From positions 1 to 59,839 of IMG/VR virus record IMGVR_UViG_3300022188_000012: a stretch of DNA of 59,839 nt; one strand, given 5' to 3'. Source of the stretch: a virus. Taxonomy: Duplodnaviria; Caudoviricetes. A program made the position numbers and the translations under genes. Under the pieces are notes generated by a model. It did not search any database. It had not been told where the DNA came from and saw only the letters and a list, made by a program, of their open reading frames with translations. This document shows positions 15,332 through 25,110 of the stretch, one piece after another (position 1 is the first letter of the stretch; every line of letters begins with the position of its first letter).

Positions 15332-17146
15332 ATGCTACAGTATCACAAAACCAAAAAGATCGAGTATAATCCCCTTCAATCTTCAACCTACCCCTTCGTG
15401 GAGAAGGACTGCAACCTCGTGGTCCTCGCTCCCACCTCTTCAGGGAAGACCATCGTTGCAGAGCAATTCATGATTCCAACAATGGAAAAAGGCTGTAAGG
15501 CCCTCTACCTCAGTCCCCTTAAAGCCTTGACGAGCGAAAAGCTCGCTTTGTGGGAGGACCTCCCTTTTTCTAGGGTCGCCTTCACGAGCGATCACAGTCG
15601 GCCAGGGATAGTTGTGCCGCAAGACCTCGTCTTGATGACAACCGAGTGCCTGGACTCGAAGTCCCGTGGAGCCCGCCAATGGCTAACCACCATAGGTTGC
15701 CTGGTCGCTGATGAAGCTCACATGATCGCTATGCCCAGAAGAGGGGACGCCTTTGAGATCGGCCTCACCCGTTTTGCCTCCCTGAACCCTTCTGCCAGGA
15801 TCATCTTCCTCTCTGCAACAATCCCGAACGCTGACGAGCTGGGGGAGTGGCTCACTATCCTCAACAGCAAACCGACCGAGGTCGTGAAGACAGACTGGAG
15901 ACCTGTGATCCAAGAGCACTTTTTCGTCCGAGCTCCCGACTGCTTTTGGGACTTCATCAACTTCTCTCAGCAAAAGTGTCGCGAAATCCTCCATCACCAT
16001 AAGAACGAGCAGGTTCTCATCTTCGTTCATTCAATCGGCACTGGCCGCATGTTGGCAAAGGTCCTCGACATCCCATTTCATTACTCTCGTCTGTCAAAGA
16101 ATGACCGTGCAGGGTTGGAGGAGGGCTTTCGTTCCAAGAAGGTGCGTGCAATGGTCTCGACCTCGACCCTCGCCTACGGGATTAACTTGCCTGCAGATGT
16201 TGGCATAATCGTGGGAGCTCATCGTGGGCCTACCCTTGTTGAGCCAGCCGACATCAAGCAAATGGCGGGGCGAATCGGAAGATACGGGCTCTCTTCCAAG
16301 GGAACGGTGTACTACATCTTCTCTGACTGGTACTTTGACCACATGAAAGAGGCCATCACCTCCATTCCTCCGATCAAGAGCGTCCTTCCCGCACGCCTCT
16401 ACTTCCATCTGGTTTCTTTTGTCGCCAGAGAGAAGATGAATCTACCACAAGTGAGGAGCTTCCTCTCCCGATCTCTAGCAGCCCAACAGTACCCTCTAGA
16501 TGACTACCTCTCCCAGGCTGTGGACCTCCTGACTCAATATAAGATCATCTACCGCTCAGGAGATGCCCTCACCACGTCCCCTATAGGACGAGCAGCCGCC
16601 CTCATGTATGTAGATCCCTTAGACCTTTACTTCCTCAAACGAAATCTGGGACCAAAACCGATGAGTCCAACACAAATCGCCAAGGCTTTCGCAGGCATCC
16701 CCTCCTTGGAGTACGACACCTACGTCCCTGACGGGATTGAGGGCGAGGTCAAGATGCGCTACGGTGCTCAGACACTCCTCGCAACCGGTCTCTACCAGTG
16801 GCTCACGGGCAAGCAGGTAACGGACCTTATCTCAACCGTGGTCTTCAACTTCACTCAAGATATCGACCGCATCATCTCAGCTCTCAAGATCGCAGGATTA
16901 GACAAGGTTTACCTAGACAACCTAGCCCTCATGCTCAAGAACGGAGTCCAATCCCAATATCTCGAGCTCATCACCATCCCAGGGATTGGGCGCAAACGGG
17001 CTGAAAGGCTCTGGAAATCAGGAATAAAGACCAAGAACGACCTCATCAACAACGAAAAAGTAGCCAAGAATGTCCTCGGTCCTAAGCTGTGGTACGAAGC
17101 TACCTCTTACATAAAAGACCCCAACAAGATCGTTCTTAGGTGGTGA
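15332..17146 (+). CDS. Ski2-like SF2 helicase (Hel308/Hjm-like)
   Basis: APTSSGKT, PLKAL, DEAH, LSAT, TSTLAYGINLPA, QMAGRIGR; C-terminal HhH IPGIGRKRA. Confidence 0.85.
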   Translation: MLQYHKTKKIEYNPLQSSTYPFVEKDCNLVVLAPTSSGKTIVAEQFMIPTMEKGCKALYLSPLKALTSEKLALWEDLPFSRVAFTSDHSRPGIVVPQDLVLMTTECLDSKSRGARQWLTTIGCLVADEAHMIAMPRRGDAFEIGLTRFASLNPSARIIFLSATIPNADELGEWLTILNSKPTEVVKTDWRPVIQEHFFVRAPDCFWDFINFSQQKCREILHHHKNEQVLIFVHSIGTGRMLAKVLDIPFHYSRLSKNDRAGLEEGFRSKKVRAMVSTSTLAYGINLPADVGIIVGAHRGPTLVEPADIKQMAGRIGRYGLSSKGTVYYIFSDWYFDHMKEAITSIPPIKSVLPARLYFHLVSFVAREKMNLPQVRSFLSRSLAAQQYPLDDYLSQAVDLLTQYKIIYRSGDALTTSPIGRAAALMYVDPLDLYFLKRNLGPKPMSPTQIAKAFAGIPSLEYDTYVPDGIEGEVKMRYGAQTLLATGLYQWLTGKQVTDLISTVVFNFTQDIDRIISALKIAGLDKVYLDNLALMLKNGVQSQYLELITIPGIGRKRAERLWKSGIKTKNDLINNEKVAKNVLGPKLWYEATSYIKDPNKIVLRW

Positions 17147-17236
17147 GATCCAACCAAAGGCTACCATCTCACCATCTTCACCAACAAACAAAATGAGGCG
17201 TTGCCTCGAAAACATCATTATCAAAGGAGGGTTACT

Positions 17237-17617
17237 ATGATAACCAAAGAATCCATCGTTAGAACTGCTGACGGAGATGAGTGGACTTTCAACCTATCTC
17301 TGCCTGAAAGTCTTCAAGAAGCTGAGGAAGTCTACGGCTCCGAGGGGGCACTCTACCTTCTCACAAGCGGCCTAATTGTGAAAGAGCAGAATGTCGCACG
17401 GGAGATGTTCCGCAATGGCAAATCCAGGGAAGAGGTTGACCAAGCAGTAGCGTCCTACCGTCCTGGAGGCGGAGCGCGCACCTCTGCTAAGGCAACTGCT
17501 CTCAAGCTCATCACTGACAAGGCTGACATCCTGAAAGAGAATCCCGATCTGATGGCCCAAGTCCAAGATGCCTTTGTAGCAGGCAAATTCAAAGATGTGG
17601 TGGAGTTGCTCTCATGA
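17237..17617 (+). CDS. Hypothetical protein
   Basis: AAAGGAGG RBS before ATG 17237. Confidence 0.75.
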   Translation: MITKESIVRTADGDEWTFNLSLPESLQEAEEVYGSEGALYLLTSGLIVKEQNVAREMFRNGKSREEVDQAVASYRPGGGARTSAKATALKLITDKADILKENPDLMAQVQDAFVAGKFKDVVELLS

Positions 17618-17826
17618 GATTTGAAGATCTCATAGACAAGCCTTTGCACGAAATGACTGACGAGGAGATTCAGTTCCTCATTGACAAGCTGACCTCAGAT
17701 CAGTTGAGGGCTCTCGAATCTAAGGTGAAGAAGTCTCTCCGATCTAGAAAGGTTACCACTAAAGCCAAGAAGGAGCGGTCCGAAGAGTTCATGAAGGCCC
17801 TCCTTGGAGGGACTGATGCTGATTAG
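17614..17826 (+). CDS. Hypothetical protein
   Basis: ATGA-coupled charged ORF. Confidence 0.7.
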   Translation: MRFEDLIDKPLHEMTDEEIQFLIDKLTSDQLRALESKVKKSLRSRKVTTKAKKERSEEFMKALLGGTDAD

Positions 17827-18583
17827 GTCTTCTGTGCTGGCCGAGTTCAAGCTCTGCCCACGCAGAGCTCATTATGCGTATGACCTCGGTCTCTTTAGGA
17901 AGGGCGGCCGCCCTAGTGTGGACCTCGTGTTCGGCAAAGCCGTGCATAAGGCCGTTGAGATCTTTCACAAAGTTGGGAGCCTGGACAGTGCGCTCCAGGC
18001 TCTCAACGACTTTGACATTCCTCCAGATCGGGATAAAAACGTTGATCGTGCGAGGCTCCTCGTGACTATGTATGCCCAAGGGAAGCCGCTTACGCTCGTT
18101 GAGAGCGAGAAGGATTTCTCGTTCAAGATCGGTCGGCACGTCTGGAAAGGAAGGTTTGACGGGATCGCAGACGTGAACGGTGCGCTCTACGTAGTCGAGC
18201 ACAAGACCACCAAACCTTTTTACCTCCAGACCAAGCCTAATGACCAGTTTATTGCTTATTGGGGAGGAGCCCGCATTACAAACAAGGACGTTCAAGGCGT
18301 CATCATTAACAACTTTGATGTTGAACGGTGTGAGGTGAGACGTATTCTCGTATCCTTTTCCTGGGAGGAATTCCAAAGATGGAGGGAAGAGACTAAGCTC
18401 GTTCTCTCTTTCTATCAGAGATGCAGGACGAGCGGAATCTTCCCAAAGTCCCCCTTTGCATGTAAGGCTTACGGAAGAGAATGTTCGTACCGCATCCTCT
18501 GCACAGCAGACCCCGAAACCAGGAAGCGAATTATAGAGGACTTCTTCGAGATCAACCAGGAGGCTGTTGATTTGTCATGGTGA
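17816..18583 (+). CDS. PD-(D/E)xK exonuclease, Cas4/RecB-like
   Basis: CPR, GRFDG...VVEHKT, C-terminal ACKAYGRECSYRILC Cys cluster. Confidence 0.85.
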   Translation: MLIRSSVLAEFKLCPRRAHYAYDLGLFRKGGRPSVDLVFGKAVHKAVEIFHKVGSLDSALQALNDFDIPPDRDKNVDRARLLVTMYAQGKPLTLVESEKDFSFKIGRHVWKGRFDGIADVNGALYVVEHKTTKPFYLQTKPNDQFIAYWGGARITNKDVQGVIINNFDVERCEVRRILVSFSWEEFQRWREETKLVLSFYQRCRTSGIFPKSPFACKAYGRECSYRILCTADPETRKRIIEDFFEINQEAVDLSW

Positions 18584-18831
18584 AATGTTCAGTTTGTGGG
18601 GCAGAGATCAAAGAGTTCTACTTCATCATCATGCGAGTGAGGGTCGGAGAGAGTGAGCCCGTTCCCCTCCCTACAAGGGTTGGCCTGTGCAAGAAGTGCG
18701 GTTCTCACACCATCTTTCTCTCAGTAGAGACCAATGATAATGAGATCATCCTTAAGGAGTACAAGAATGGGCAAGCTCAGCGAAGTGCAGCTCCAAAAGT
18801 TTGTGGTCCTTCTGATAGGGCCACCCCTTAG
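18577..18831 (+). CDS. Zn-ribbon hypothetical protein
   Basis: CSVC and CKKC. Confidence 0.6.
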   Translation: MVKCSVCGAEIKEFYFIIMRVRVGESEPVPLPTRVGLCKKCGSHTIFLSVETNDNEIILKEYKNGQAQRSAAPKVCGPSDRATP

Positions 18832-19567
18832 CGGCAAAACTGTTTTTGCCTCTCAATTTCCTCAACCTTTTTTCATTGATCTGGAGGACGGCCTCCACAG
18901 TGTAAAGGCTATACGCAAAGACCAAGGGTTGGATTTCGACTTCGATGTGATCTCCCTAACGGAGCAACCTACTGATGACCCTGACTTTGTGTCTTTGTGT
19001 GGAAAATCGTTTGCCTCCGCAAATGCCTGGGTTAAGGTCAAGAAGCTCTGTGAGGTGTTGATCAGGAAGATGCCGCAAGACTCCACTTTGATCCTGGACA
19101 ACCTGAGCCGAGGATACGAAATGCTCATTGCTCACATACAGAAGACCACTAACAGGGCAAAGCTACAAATCCAGGACTGGGGGACGTTTGTAGATGAAAT
19201 GGCAGATCTTGTCAACATGTTCAAATATCGTGCCAAGTGCAACGTCATCCTTATAGGACATGAGCAATATGACAAAGATGAAGGGACCGGCGAAATCCTG
19301 CGGTCATTCTTGATGCCTACAAAGGCAAAGCATCGGATTCCATCAATTGCGACCGAGCTCTGGCGACTCTACGCTGTCCCTAAAGGGCCGAAGAACAAAA
19401 GGACGATCATGCGAGTGTTACAGACCAGTCCTGACTTCTTGACCGCTGTTGGCTCAAGGTCACTCATTCCTGACATTGAGAACCCGACTTACGACAAAAT
19501 TAAGCCATACCTGGAGGCAGCTCTTGGGAGGGAGCTTCCTCCTCCAACATGGACACCAAAAACTTAA
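18767..19567 (+). CDS. Sak4-like (AAA_24) recombination ATPase
   Basis: GPPLSGKT, FIDLEDG, QIQDWG, ILIGHE; lies between exonuclease and DUF669. Confidence 0.8.
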   Translation: MGKLSEVQLQKFVVLLIGPPLSGKTVFASQFPQPFFIDLEDGLHSVKAIRKDQGLDFDFDVISLTEQPTDDPDFVSLCGKSFASANAWVKVKKLCEVLIRKMPQDSTLILDNLSRGYEMLIAHIQKTTNRAKLQIQDWGTFVDEMADLVNMFKYRAKCNVILIGHEQYDKDEGTGEILRSFLMPTKAKHRIPSIATELWRLYAVPKGPKNKRTIMRVLQTSPDFLTAVGSRSLIPDIENPTYDKIKPYLEAALGRELPPPTWTPKT

Positions 19568-19583
19568 CGAAGGAGGTTTTGTT

Positions 19584-19961
19584 ATGACAATTATTGATCT
19601 AGGCTATGATTTGAAGGACGTCAAGGATTCTTTTGAACCCCTACCAGAAGGTCAGTATATGTGCCGTATAGACAAGTGCACACTGACTCAATCTTCAACA
19701 GGTAAACCCATGCTCAAGATGGAATGGGTTGTCATTGATGGAGAGTTCGAGGGAAGGAGGATTTTCGACAATGTAGTTATTTCTGACCAAACAAGGTGGA
19801 AGGTCAAGCAGTACGCTGATCTCGCAGGCATAACCGAAGGAACAGCAGTTGACACCAACGACTTCGAGGGGGTTGAGGCACTCCTTGGGGTCTTCCAGGA
19901 AGAGCGAAACGACGGCAAGGGCATCACCAACAGGATCAAAACGATGACGGCTTCTGCATGA
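19584..19961 (+). CDS. DUF669-like ssDNA-binding protein
   Basis: FEPLPEGQY...GKPMLK...GRRIFD pattern. Confidence 0.75.
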   Translation: MTIIDLGYDLKDVKDSFEPLPEGQYMCRIDKCTLTQSSTGKPMLKMEWVVIDGEFEGRRIFDNVVISDQTRWKVKQYADLAGITEGTAVDTNDFEGVEALLGVFQEERNDGKGITNRIKTMTASA

Positions 19962-21244
19962 TCCCTGTAGAGAAGTTCTTCGTCGCTTCTGATTTTCGCG
20001 AAGAACAAGAAGCGATAGGGGAGTTGGCCCTTTCAATTGAACGTCAAGGGCTAATTCATCCTATCGCTGTCAAACCTGTTGGTGATCGTTTTGAAGTTAT
20101 TGCCGGACGCCGTCGTTTCTATGCCTTGCGAGACTACCTCAAGTTGACTCACCTCGAAGAGGGAGACCACTATGTGGTCAAAGAGGGCATGGACGCCCTC
20201 GTCTGTCAGCTCATCGAAAACATTGACAGGAAGGATTTTAAGCCTATTGAAGCTGCTCGTCTGATCAAGGCCATCCACGATCGAGGAGTAGAAGAACATG
20301 GCCGCCCTGTGCGTGGGCACAGAGGAGGGTGGACCGTCGAAGACACAGCCAAGCTCCTTGGGCGGACTAAAGGGTTCATCTCGAAAATGCTCAAGATCGC
20401 CTCCAACTCTGATCTAGTTGACAACGCTCCTTCGATTGATGCAGCCTTGAGCGAAATTGAGCGGCATGAGAAGAAAGAGGTCCTCTCTGCTGTCAGGAAA
20501 GCCCAGGTTTCTAAGGTTTCACTCCCTGATATTGAGGACTATTTCTCGTCTTATCACAACGTTGACGCCAAGACGCTGTTGTCCTCTCTGAAGGATAATT
20601 CCGTTGACCTGATCTTGACCGACCCACCCTATGGGATTGACCTGGACACTATAACTCCTGAAGACTGCTATGCGGACTCGAAGGATGACCTCCTCATAAC
20701 GTTGCGCCAATGCCTCCCTGAGATGGCCAGGGTCCTCAGACCAGATCGCTACATCATCATCTGGTGTTCGTTCTACCTCTTCTCTACCGTGCATGACCTG
20801 ATGGCGGAGTGCGGCCTATCCCCTTCACCGACACCGATCATCTGGTCCAAACCTAACTCTACAGGGAGGACGACCTCTCCTGATCAACGACTGGGCTCAA
20901 TTGCTGAATGTGCAGTCTATGCCACCTCTGGGCCTGGAGCGGAGCTAAGCGAGAAAGGCACTCCAAACGTTTTTACGGTACATATGGTGAGAAAGGATAG
21001 AGTCCATCCTGCTCAGAAGCCTGAGGCCCTTTTAGAAAAGCTCATCACAACCTTCTCCCGTAAAGGTGACCTCGTCTTAGACGTATTCGCCGGCTCAGCC
21101 TCGACCTTGCGAGCATGTATGTCGACGAATCGCAAGTTCATTGGGTGTGAGGTCGATGAGGAGTTTTATAATGCTGGGCTCTCTTATACGTTGAACTGGT
21201 TAAATAAGTTTCATCATGAAACTTGCTCAGAGGAGGACTCCTAA
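19958..21244 (+). CDS. ParB-domain plus N4/N6 DNA methyltransferase fusion
   Basis: GLIHPI, IAGRRRF, ENIDRKD, HTH; then DPPY, HPAQKP, DVFAGSAS. Confidence 0.85.
   Translation: MIPVEKFFVASDFREEQEAIGELALSIERQGLIHPIAVKPVGDRFEVIAGRRRFYALRDYLKLTHLEEGDHYVVKEGMDALVCQLIENIDRKDFKPIEAARLIKAIHDRGVEEHGRPVRGHRGGWTVEDTAKLLGRTKGFISKMLKIASNSDLVDNAPSIDAALSEIERHEKKEVLSAVRKAQVSKVSLPDIEDYFSSYHNVDAKTLLSSLKDNSVDLILTDPPYGIDLDTITPEDCYADSKDDLLITLRQCLPEMARVLRPDRYIIIWCSFYLFSTVHDLMAECGLSPSPTPIIWSKPNSTGRTTSPDQRLGSIAECAVYATSGPGAELSEKGTPNVFTVHMVRKDRVHPAQKPEALLEKLITTFSRKGDLVLDVFAGSASTLRACMSTNRKFIGCEVDEEFYNAGLSYTLNWLNKFHHETCSEEDS
21206..21224. promoter_or_regulatory. Phage palindrome AAGTTTCATCATGAAACTT
   Basis: Exact copy, upstream of GAGGAGG RBS. 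Confidence 0.7.
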
Positions 21245-21441
21245 TGTTGATCTTTGTTATGTGCTTTCTTTGTGCTTTAATTCTTGGAGTTTGTGGAGGG
21301 AACTGGTTCTTGGCAGCCCTAATTTTTCTGTTAGGGCTTGCTACTCCGATCTTGACCGTGGCTGTTAAGATCATTTTCGCTATCGTAGACCTCATATCAA
21401 CTGTGGTCTCTAACTTCTGGAGGGTGGACGAATGCGATTGA
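21244..21441 (+). CDS. Small membrane protein
   Basis: Two hydrophobic segments, RBS. Confidence 0.6.
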   Translation: MLIFVMCFLCALILGVCGGNWFLAALIFLLGLATPILTVAVKIIFAIVDLISTVVSNFWRVDECD

Positions 21442-21680
21442 CAGGACTTTTTCAGAACCTTGCAATCCCTATGGCTTTTTTCCTTCTTGGATTTTACCAT
21501 TTTCTCAAGACTGACGACTGGATTCTCTTCGTAGCCCTTTGTCTAAACGGAGTGGTCCTAGGCATGCACGACTTCGCAATCGTCAGCCTGATAGAAACTG
21601 TTCATGATCTTGAAGAGATCACTTTCCTCGACAGCACTGTCAGGAGCGTATCTGATCCAAGACGTTCAAAAGACTCTTGA
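21432..21680 (+). CDS. Membrane protein, paralog A
   Basis: LKTDDWILFVALCLNG...HDF shared with next ORF. Confidence 0.7.
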   Translation: MRLTGLFQNLAIPMAFFLLGFYHFLKTDDWILFVALCLNGVVLGMHDFAIVSLIETVHDLEEITFLDSTVRSVSDPRRSKDS

Positions 21681-21695
21681 TTAGGAGACAGCTAT

Positions 21696-21923
21696 ATGTG
21701 CTTAATAAAAATAGTTTTGAATTTCGCAATACTTATAATTTTCGTTCTTCTTGGGCTCTTCCACTATCTCAAAACAGGAGACTGGATACTGTTTGTAGCT
21801 CTTGTATTGAATGGAATAATTCTTGATGTACACGACTTCATAATCATTGACCTAATGGACAACATTCATGAGCTCGAGGTTGGTAAAGATGCGCTTAATC
21901 CAGAACATCCCAAAAACTCCTAA
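21696..21923 (+). CDS. Membrane protein, paralog B
   Basis: LKTGDWILFVALVLNG...HDF. Confidence 0.7.
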   Translation: MCLIKIVLNFAILIIFVLLGLFHYLKTGDWILFVALVLNGIILDVHDFIIIDLMDNIHELEVGKDALNPEHPKNS

Positions 21924-24900
21924 TGGAATCTGCATCGTCGGAGAAGCCCCTGGGGCCGACGAAGAAAAGTATGGCAAACCCTTCATCGGTTGGGAGGGCC
22001 AATATCTTCGCCGTCAACTCAAAGCTGCAGGGATCAACTTCCACGAATGCTACGTCACTAACACAGTTCATGTGAGGCCGCCCAGGAATAACTACGACGC
22101 CCTCACTTCAGCTCAGATCTCTGAAGGGATAAGCCAGCTCAAAAAGGACATTGAACACTGGCGACCTAATGTTGTGATCGCCGTAGGCGCGAAAGCCCTC
22201 AAAGCCCTCACAGGGCACACCCAGATAACTCAATTCCGTGGAGCCGTCATCGAGTCCACCCTCGTCCCAGGCCAAAAGGTCGTCGCTACAATCCATCCTG
22301 GTGGCATCCTCAGAGGCGGAGAAAAGATGGGCCGCTACGAGCCCATTCAAATCCTGGACTTCAAAAAGGCCCTCCGTGAGTCAAGGTTCCCTGAAATAGT
22401 CTACCCAGAGCGCAACATTCTCTCAGTGTACTCACAAGCGAGGGCGTTGGAGCTTCTCGAATCTGTCACAGACATCCCTGATCCTGTCGCAGTTGACATC
22501 GAGACCATTGGCCCAACCCTATCAGCCTATGGAATCGCCACCAGCAAGAGTGAGGCTTTTGTAATTACGAAGGACCTCCTCCGAGACCCTACTATCCTTC
22601 GTGCAGTCGCACGATTCGCCTTCTCCTCCACACCGAAAATCTTCCACAATGCCCTCTTCGACTGCCTCCATGGGTTGGGCTACTACAAGATAATCACCAA
22701 CAACATCCTCTGCGACACCATGATTGCCCAACATGCAGCATATCCGACTCTTCCTAAGAGCTTGGCCTTCTGCGCTTCTATTTACACGAACGAAGTCTAT
22801 TGGAAATCGGAAGGAAAGACAATCTTCGACGACATCAAGAGAGGTCGCACTGTGGACTGGGAGAGCTTTTATATATACAACGGAAAGGACTGCTGCCTGA
22901 CCTACGAGATCTACGAGATCCTGATGAAAGAGATCGACGAATGGGGCGCTCGCAGAGCCTTCGATCTCATGATGTCTCTCATCCCTCCTTGCCTCTTCGC
23001 TATGCTCCGTGGGACAAAAATCTCCATGTACAAGCTCCTCCAATTCAAAGAAGAAAACGAAAAAGCTATCGAGGTCCTCACTCGGATAAAGGACGCCGTC
23101 ATCGGAGACGTAAACGTCCAGTCCCACAAGCAGCTAAAAGAACTCATCTACGATAAATGGGACATGCCCAAACAGTTCAGAGGTAAACGCCTCACAGTCG
23201 ATGACAAAAAACTCGCTATGCTTGAACGCTACCCTACTCCCTATCGTCATCAAATAGGAATGATCCGCCTGCTCAAAAAATATCTCAAACGCCGAGACTT
23301 CTACAACCTCAAGACCAACGAAGATGGCCGCATTCGCACAGCCCTCAAGATCACAGGAACCTACACTGGAAGGTTCTCATCCTCGGAGTCGATCTTTGGT
23401 TCAGGGAAGAATTTGCTCAACATTCCAAAGGAAACTCGCAAGTTCTACGTGGCTGATGATGACAAGATCATGATTCAGGGTGACCTCTCCCAAGCTGAAG
23501 CTCGCATCGTCGCAGCTCTCTGCGGTGACGAAAAATGGTTGAGGGAGTTCGATGAGATAGACGTGCACAGGAAAGTTGCTGCAGGGCTCTTCAATGTCCC
23601 CTTTGATCAAGTCACAAAGTACCAGAGGAACATCGCCAAGCGTGTAGCCCATGGATGTGTCGACGGTTTCACTGAGATTCTGACTCCTTCAGGTTGGAAG
23701 TACATCAGTCACTATGACGGGACTGAACCTCTGTACATTGTATTTCCTCAGCTTGATGGTCTAGGACTGTTTGCCTATCCTGATGAGTTTGCTGAGCTTC
23801 ATTACAAAGGGCCAATGGTGCATTTTAGGAGTCCTGGAATAGATCAATTTGTAACGATAGATCACTATCTTCCAATAAAGACATCGAGTGGTAGAGTGAA
23901 CAAAGTCCAGACTAGTGAGCTGATAAAGAAGAAAGATGTACGCCTTCCTAAAACCGTAAAGAACATAGGCATCATTGACGAACGCCCAGAGATGCTTCAA
24001 CTGTTTATCGCCTTCCAAGCTGACGGTACAGCATCTTGTAAGTACACGCTAGACTGGCACTTCGTGAAGAATCGTAAGATAGCTAGGTTGGTACACATCC
24101 TGGCATCCCTGGACATTCCTTATCATTACTACACTAATAAAGATGGGACAACAAAAATTTCTGTCCGCAAGTCTGATGTTCCAGGGTGGATTTGGAAGAA
24201 GTCTCTCAAAGACCTAGCTTTTCTAACATTGTTCAAGCACGATTGTCTGCAAGTCATGTCACGTGAGCTAACCAAATGGGATGGTCATGAAGGAAGGACT
24301 GCAAGACGCTTCATTACCACTGACATGGAGGTAGCTAAGGGAGCACAGCTTCTCCATGCTCTTTCAGGACTTGGAGGAGGCAACATCTACATAAAGCCGC
24401 CTGGAGAGTACTCAACAAAGCCAAACCTAGTGGTCGCACTAAACAACCGTAAGAACGTGAGGATAGGAGGACACATTGCCACCGTAAAGGATTGGGAGGG
24501 AACCGTTTACAACGTAGGCGTCCCATCAGGGTACTATCTCATTAGACGAAACGGTGTGATATCAGTTACAGGCAATACCCACTATGGGCTGGGCAAAATC
24601 CTCCTGAGCGAAATCCTCGGCTGCTCCCCAAAAGAGGCCCAAACCCACAAAGACCGCTACTACGAGCTGAGGCCAAAGCTCAAAGATTGGCAAGAACGGG
24701 TCAAACACACCGTAAGAACGAAACGTGTGTTGCGGACCGTGTTTGGACGTGTGATTCAATTTTTCGGACCAATTACGGACAAGCTATACCGTGACGCGGT
24801 AGCGTCCGAACCCCAATCAACGTCAGCGGACTATCTCAATACAGGGCTTGTTCGTTTGTACGAACATAATCTACCGTGGTGGGAATTTCTTTTGTCCGTG

Positions 24901-25110
24901 TACGATTCAATACTTTGCCAAGTCCCAGACAATCTTGATGTCATTGAAGAAACAATTCAAACAATGAAAGAGCTTGTTGAGATCGAGATCGTGATCAACG
25001 GACTCCCTATGGTCATACCTCTTTCATTCGAGCTGGGCTACTCATGGGGTGAAATGATCGAAATCGAAGACGATGACATTGAATCTGCCTACAGGAAATT
25101 GCAACGATGA
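21889..25110 (+). CDS. polA: Family A DNA polymerase with N-terminal uracil-DNA glycosylase (family 4-like) domain, intein-containing
   Basis: GEAPG and ATIHP (UDG); DIET, FHNALFD, YNGKD (3'-5' exo); TGRFSS, DLSQAEARIVA, RNIAKRVAHG/THYG, VYDSI. Confidence 0.9.
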   Translation: MRLIQNIPKTPNGICIVGEAPGADEEKYGKPFIGWEGQYLRRQLKAAGINFHECYVTNTVHVRPPRNNYDALTSAQISEGISQLKKDIEHWRPNVVIAVGAKALKALTGHTQITQFRGAVIESTLVPGQKVVATIHPGGILRGGEKMGRYEPIQILDFKKALRESRFPEIVYPERNILSVYSQARALELLESVTDIPDPVAVDIETIGPTLSAYGIATSKSEAFVITKDLLRDPTILRAVARFAFSSTPKIFHNALFDCLHGLGYYKIITNNILCDTMIAQHAAYPTLPKSLAFCASIYTNEVYWKSEGKTIFDDIKRGRTVDWESFYIYNGKDCCLTYEIYEILMKEIDEWGARRAFDLMMSLIPPCLFAMLRGTKISMYKLLQFKEENEKAIEVLTRIKDAVIGDVNVQSHKQLKELIYDKWDMPKQFRGKRLTVDDKKLAMLERYPTPYRHQIGMIRLLKKYLKRRDFYNLKTNEDGRIRTALKITGTYTGRFSSSESIFGSGKNLLNIPKETRKFYVADDDKIMIQGDLSQAEARIVAALCGDEKWLREFDEIDVHRKVAAGLFNVPFDQVTKYQRNIAKRVAHGCVDGFTEILTPSGWKYISHYDGTEPLYIVFPQLDGLGLFAYPDEFAELHYKGPMVHFRSPGIDQFVTIDHYLPIKTSSGRVNKVQTSELIKKKDVRLPKTVKNIGIIDERPEMLQLFIAFQADGTASCKYTLDWHFVKNRKIARLVHILASLDIPYHYYTNKDGTTKISVRKSDVPGWIWKKSLKDLAFLTLFKHDCLQVMSRELTKWDGHEGRTARRFITTDMEVAKGAQLLHALSGLGGGNIYIKPPGEYSTKPNLVVALNNRKNVRIGGHIATVKDWEGTVYNVGVPSGYYLIRRNGVISVTGNTHYGLGKILLSEILGCSPKEAQTHKDRYYELRPKLKDWQERVKHTVRTKRVLRTVFGRVIQFFGPITDKLYRDAVASEPQSTSADYLNTGLVRLYEHNLPWWEFLLSVYDSILCQVPDNLDVIEETIQTMKELVEIEIVINGLPMVIPLSFELGYSWGEMIEIEDDDIESAYRKLQR
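23656..24576 (+). mobile_element. Intein (307 aa) with LAGLIDADG-like endonuclease in PolA motif B
   Basis: Begins CVDGFTEILT, ends VISVTGN before Thr; block B VTIDH; FIAFQADG and KWDG; removal restores AKRVAHG-THYG. Confidence 0.9.

Noticed and set aside
17816-18583. Cas4-like gene as part of a CRISPR adaptation module
   Set aside because: It sits in a standard exonuclease-Sak4-DUF669 recombination module; no cas1/cas2
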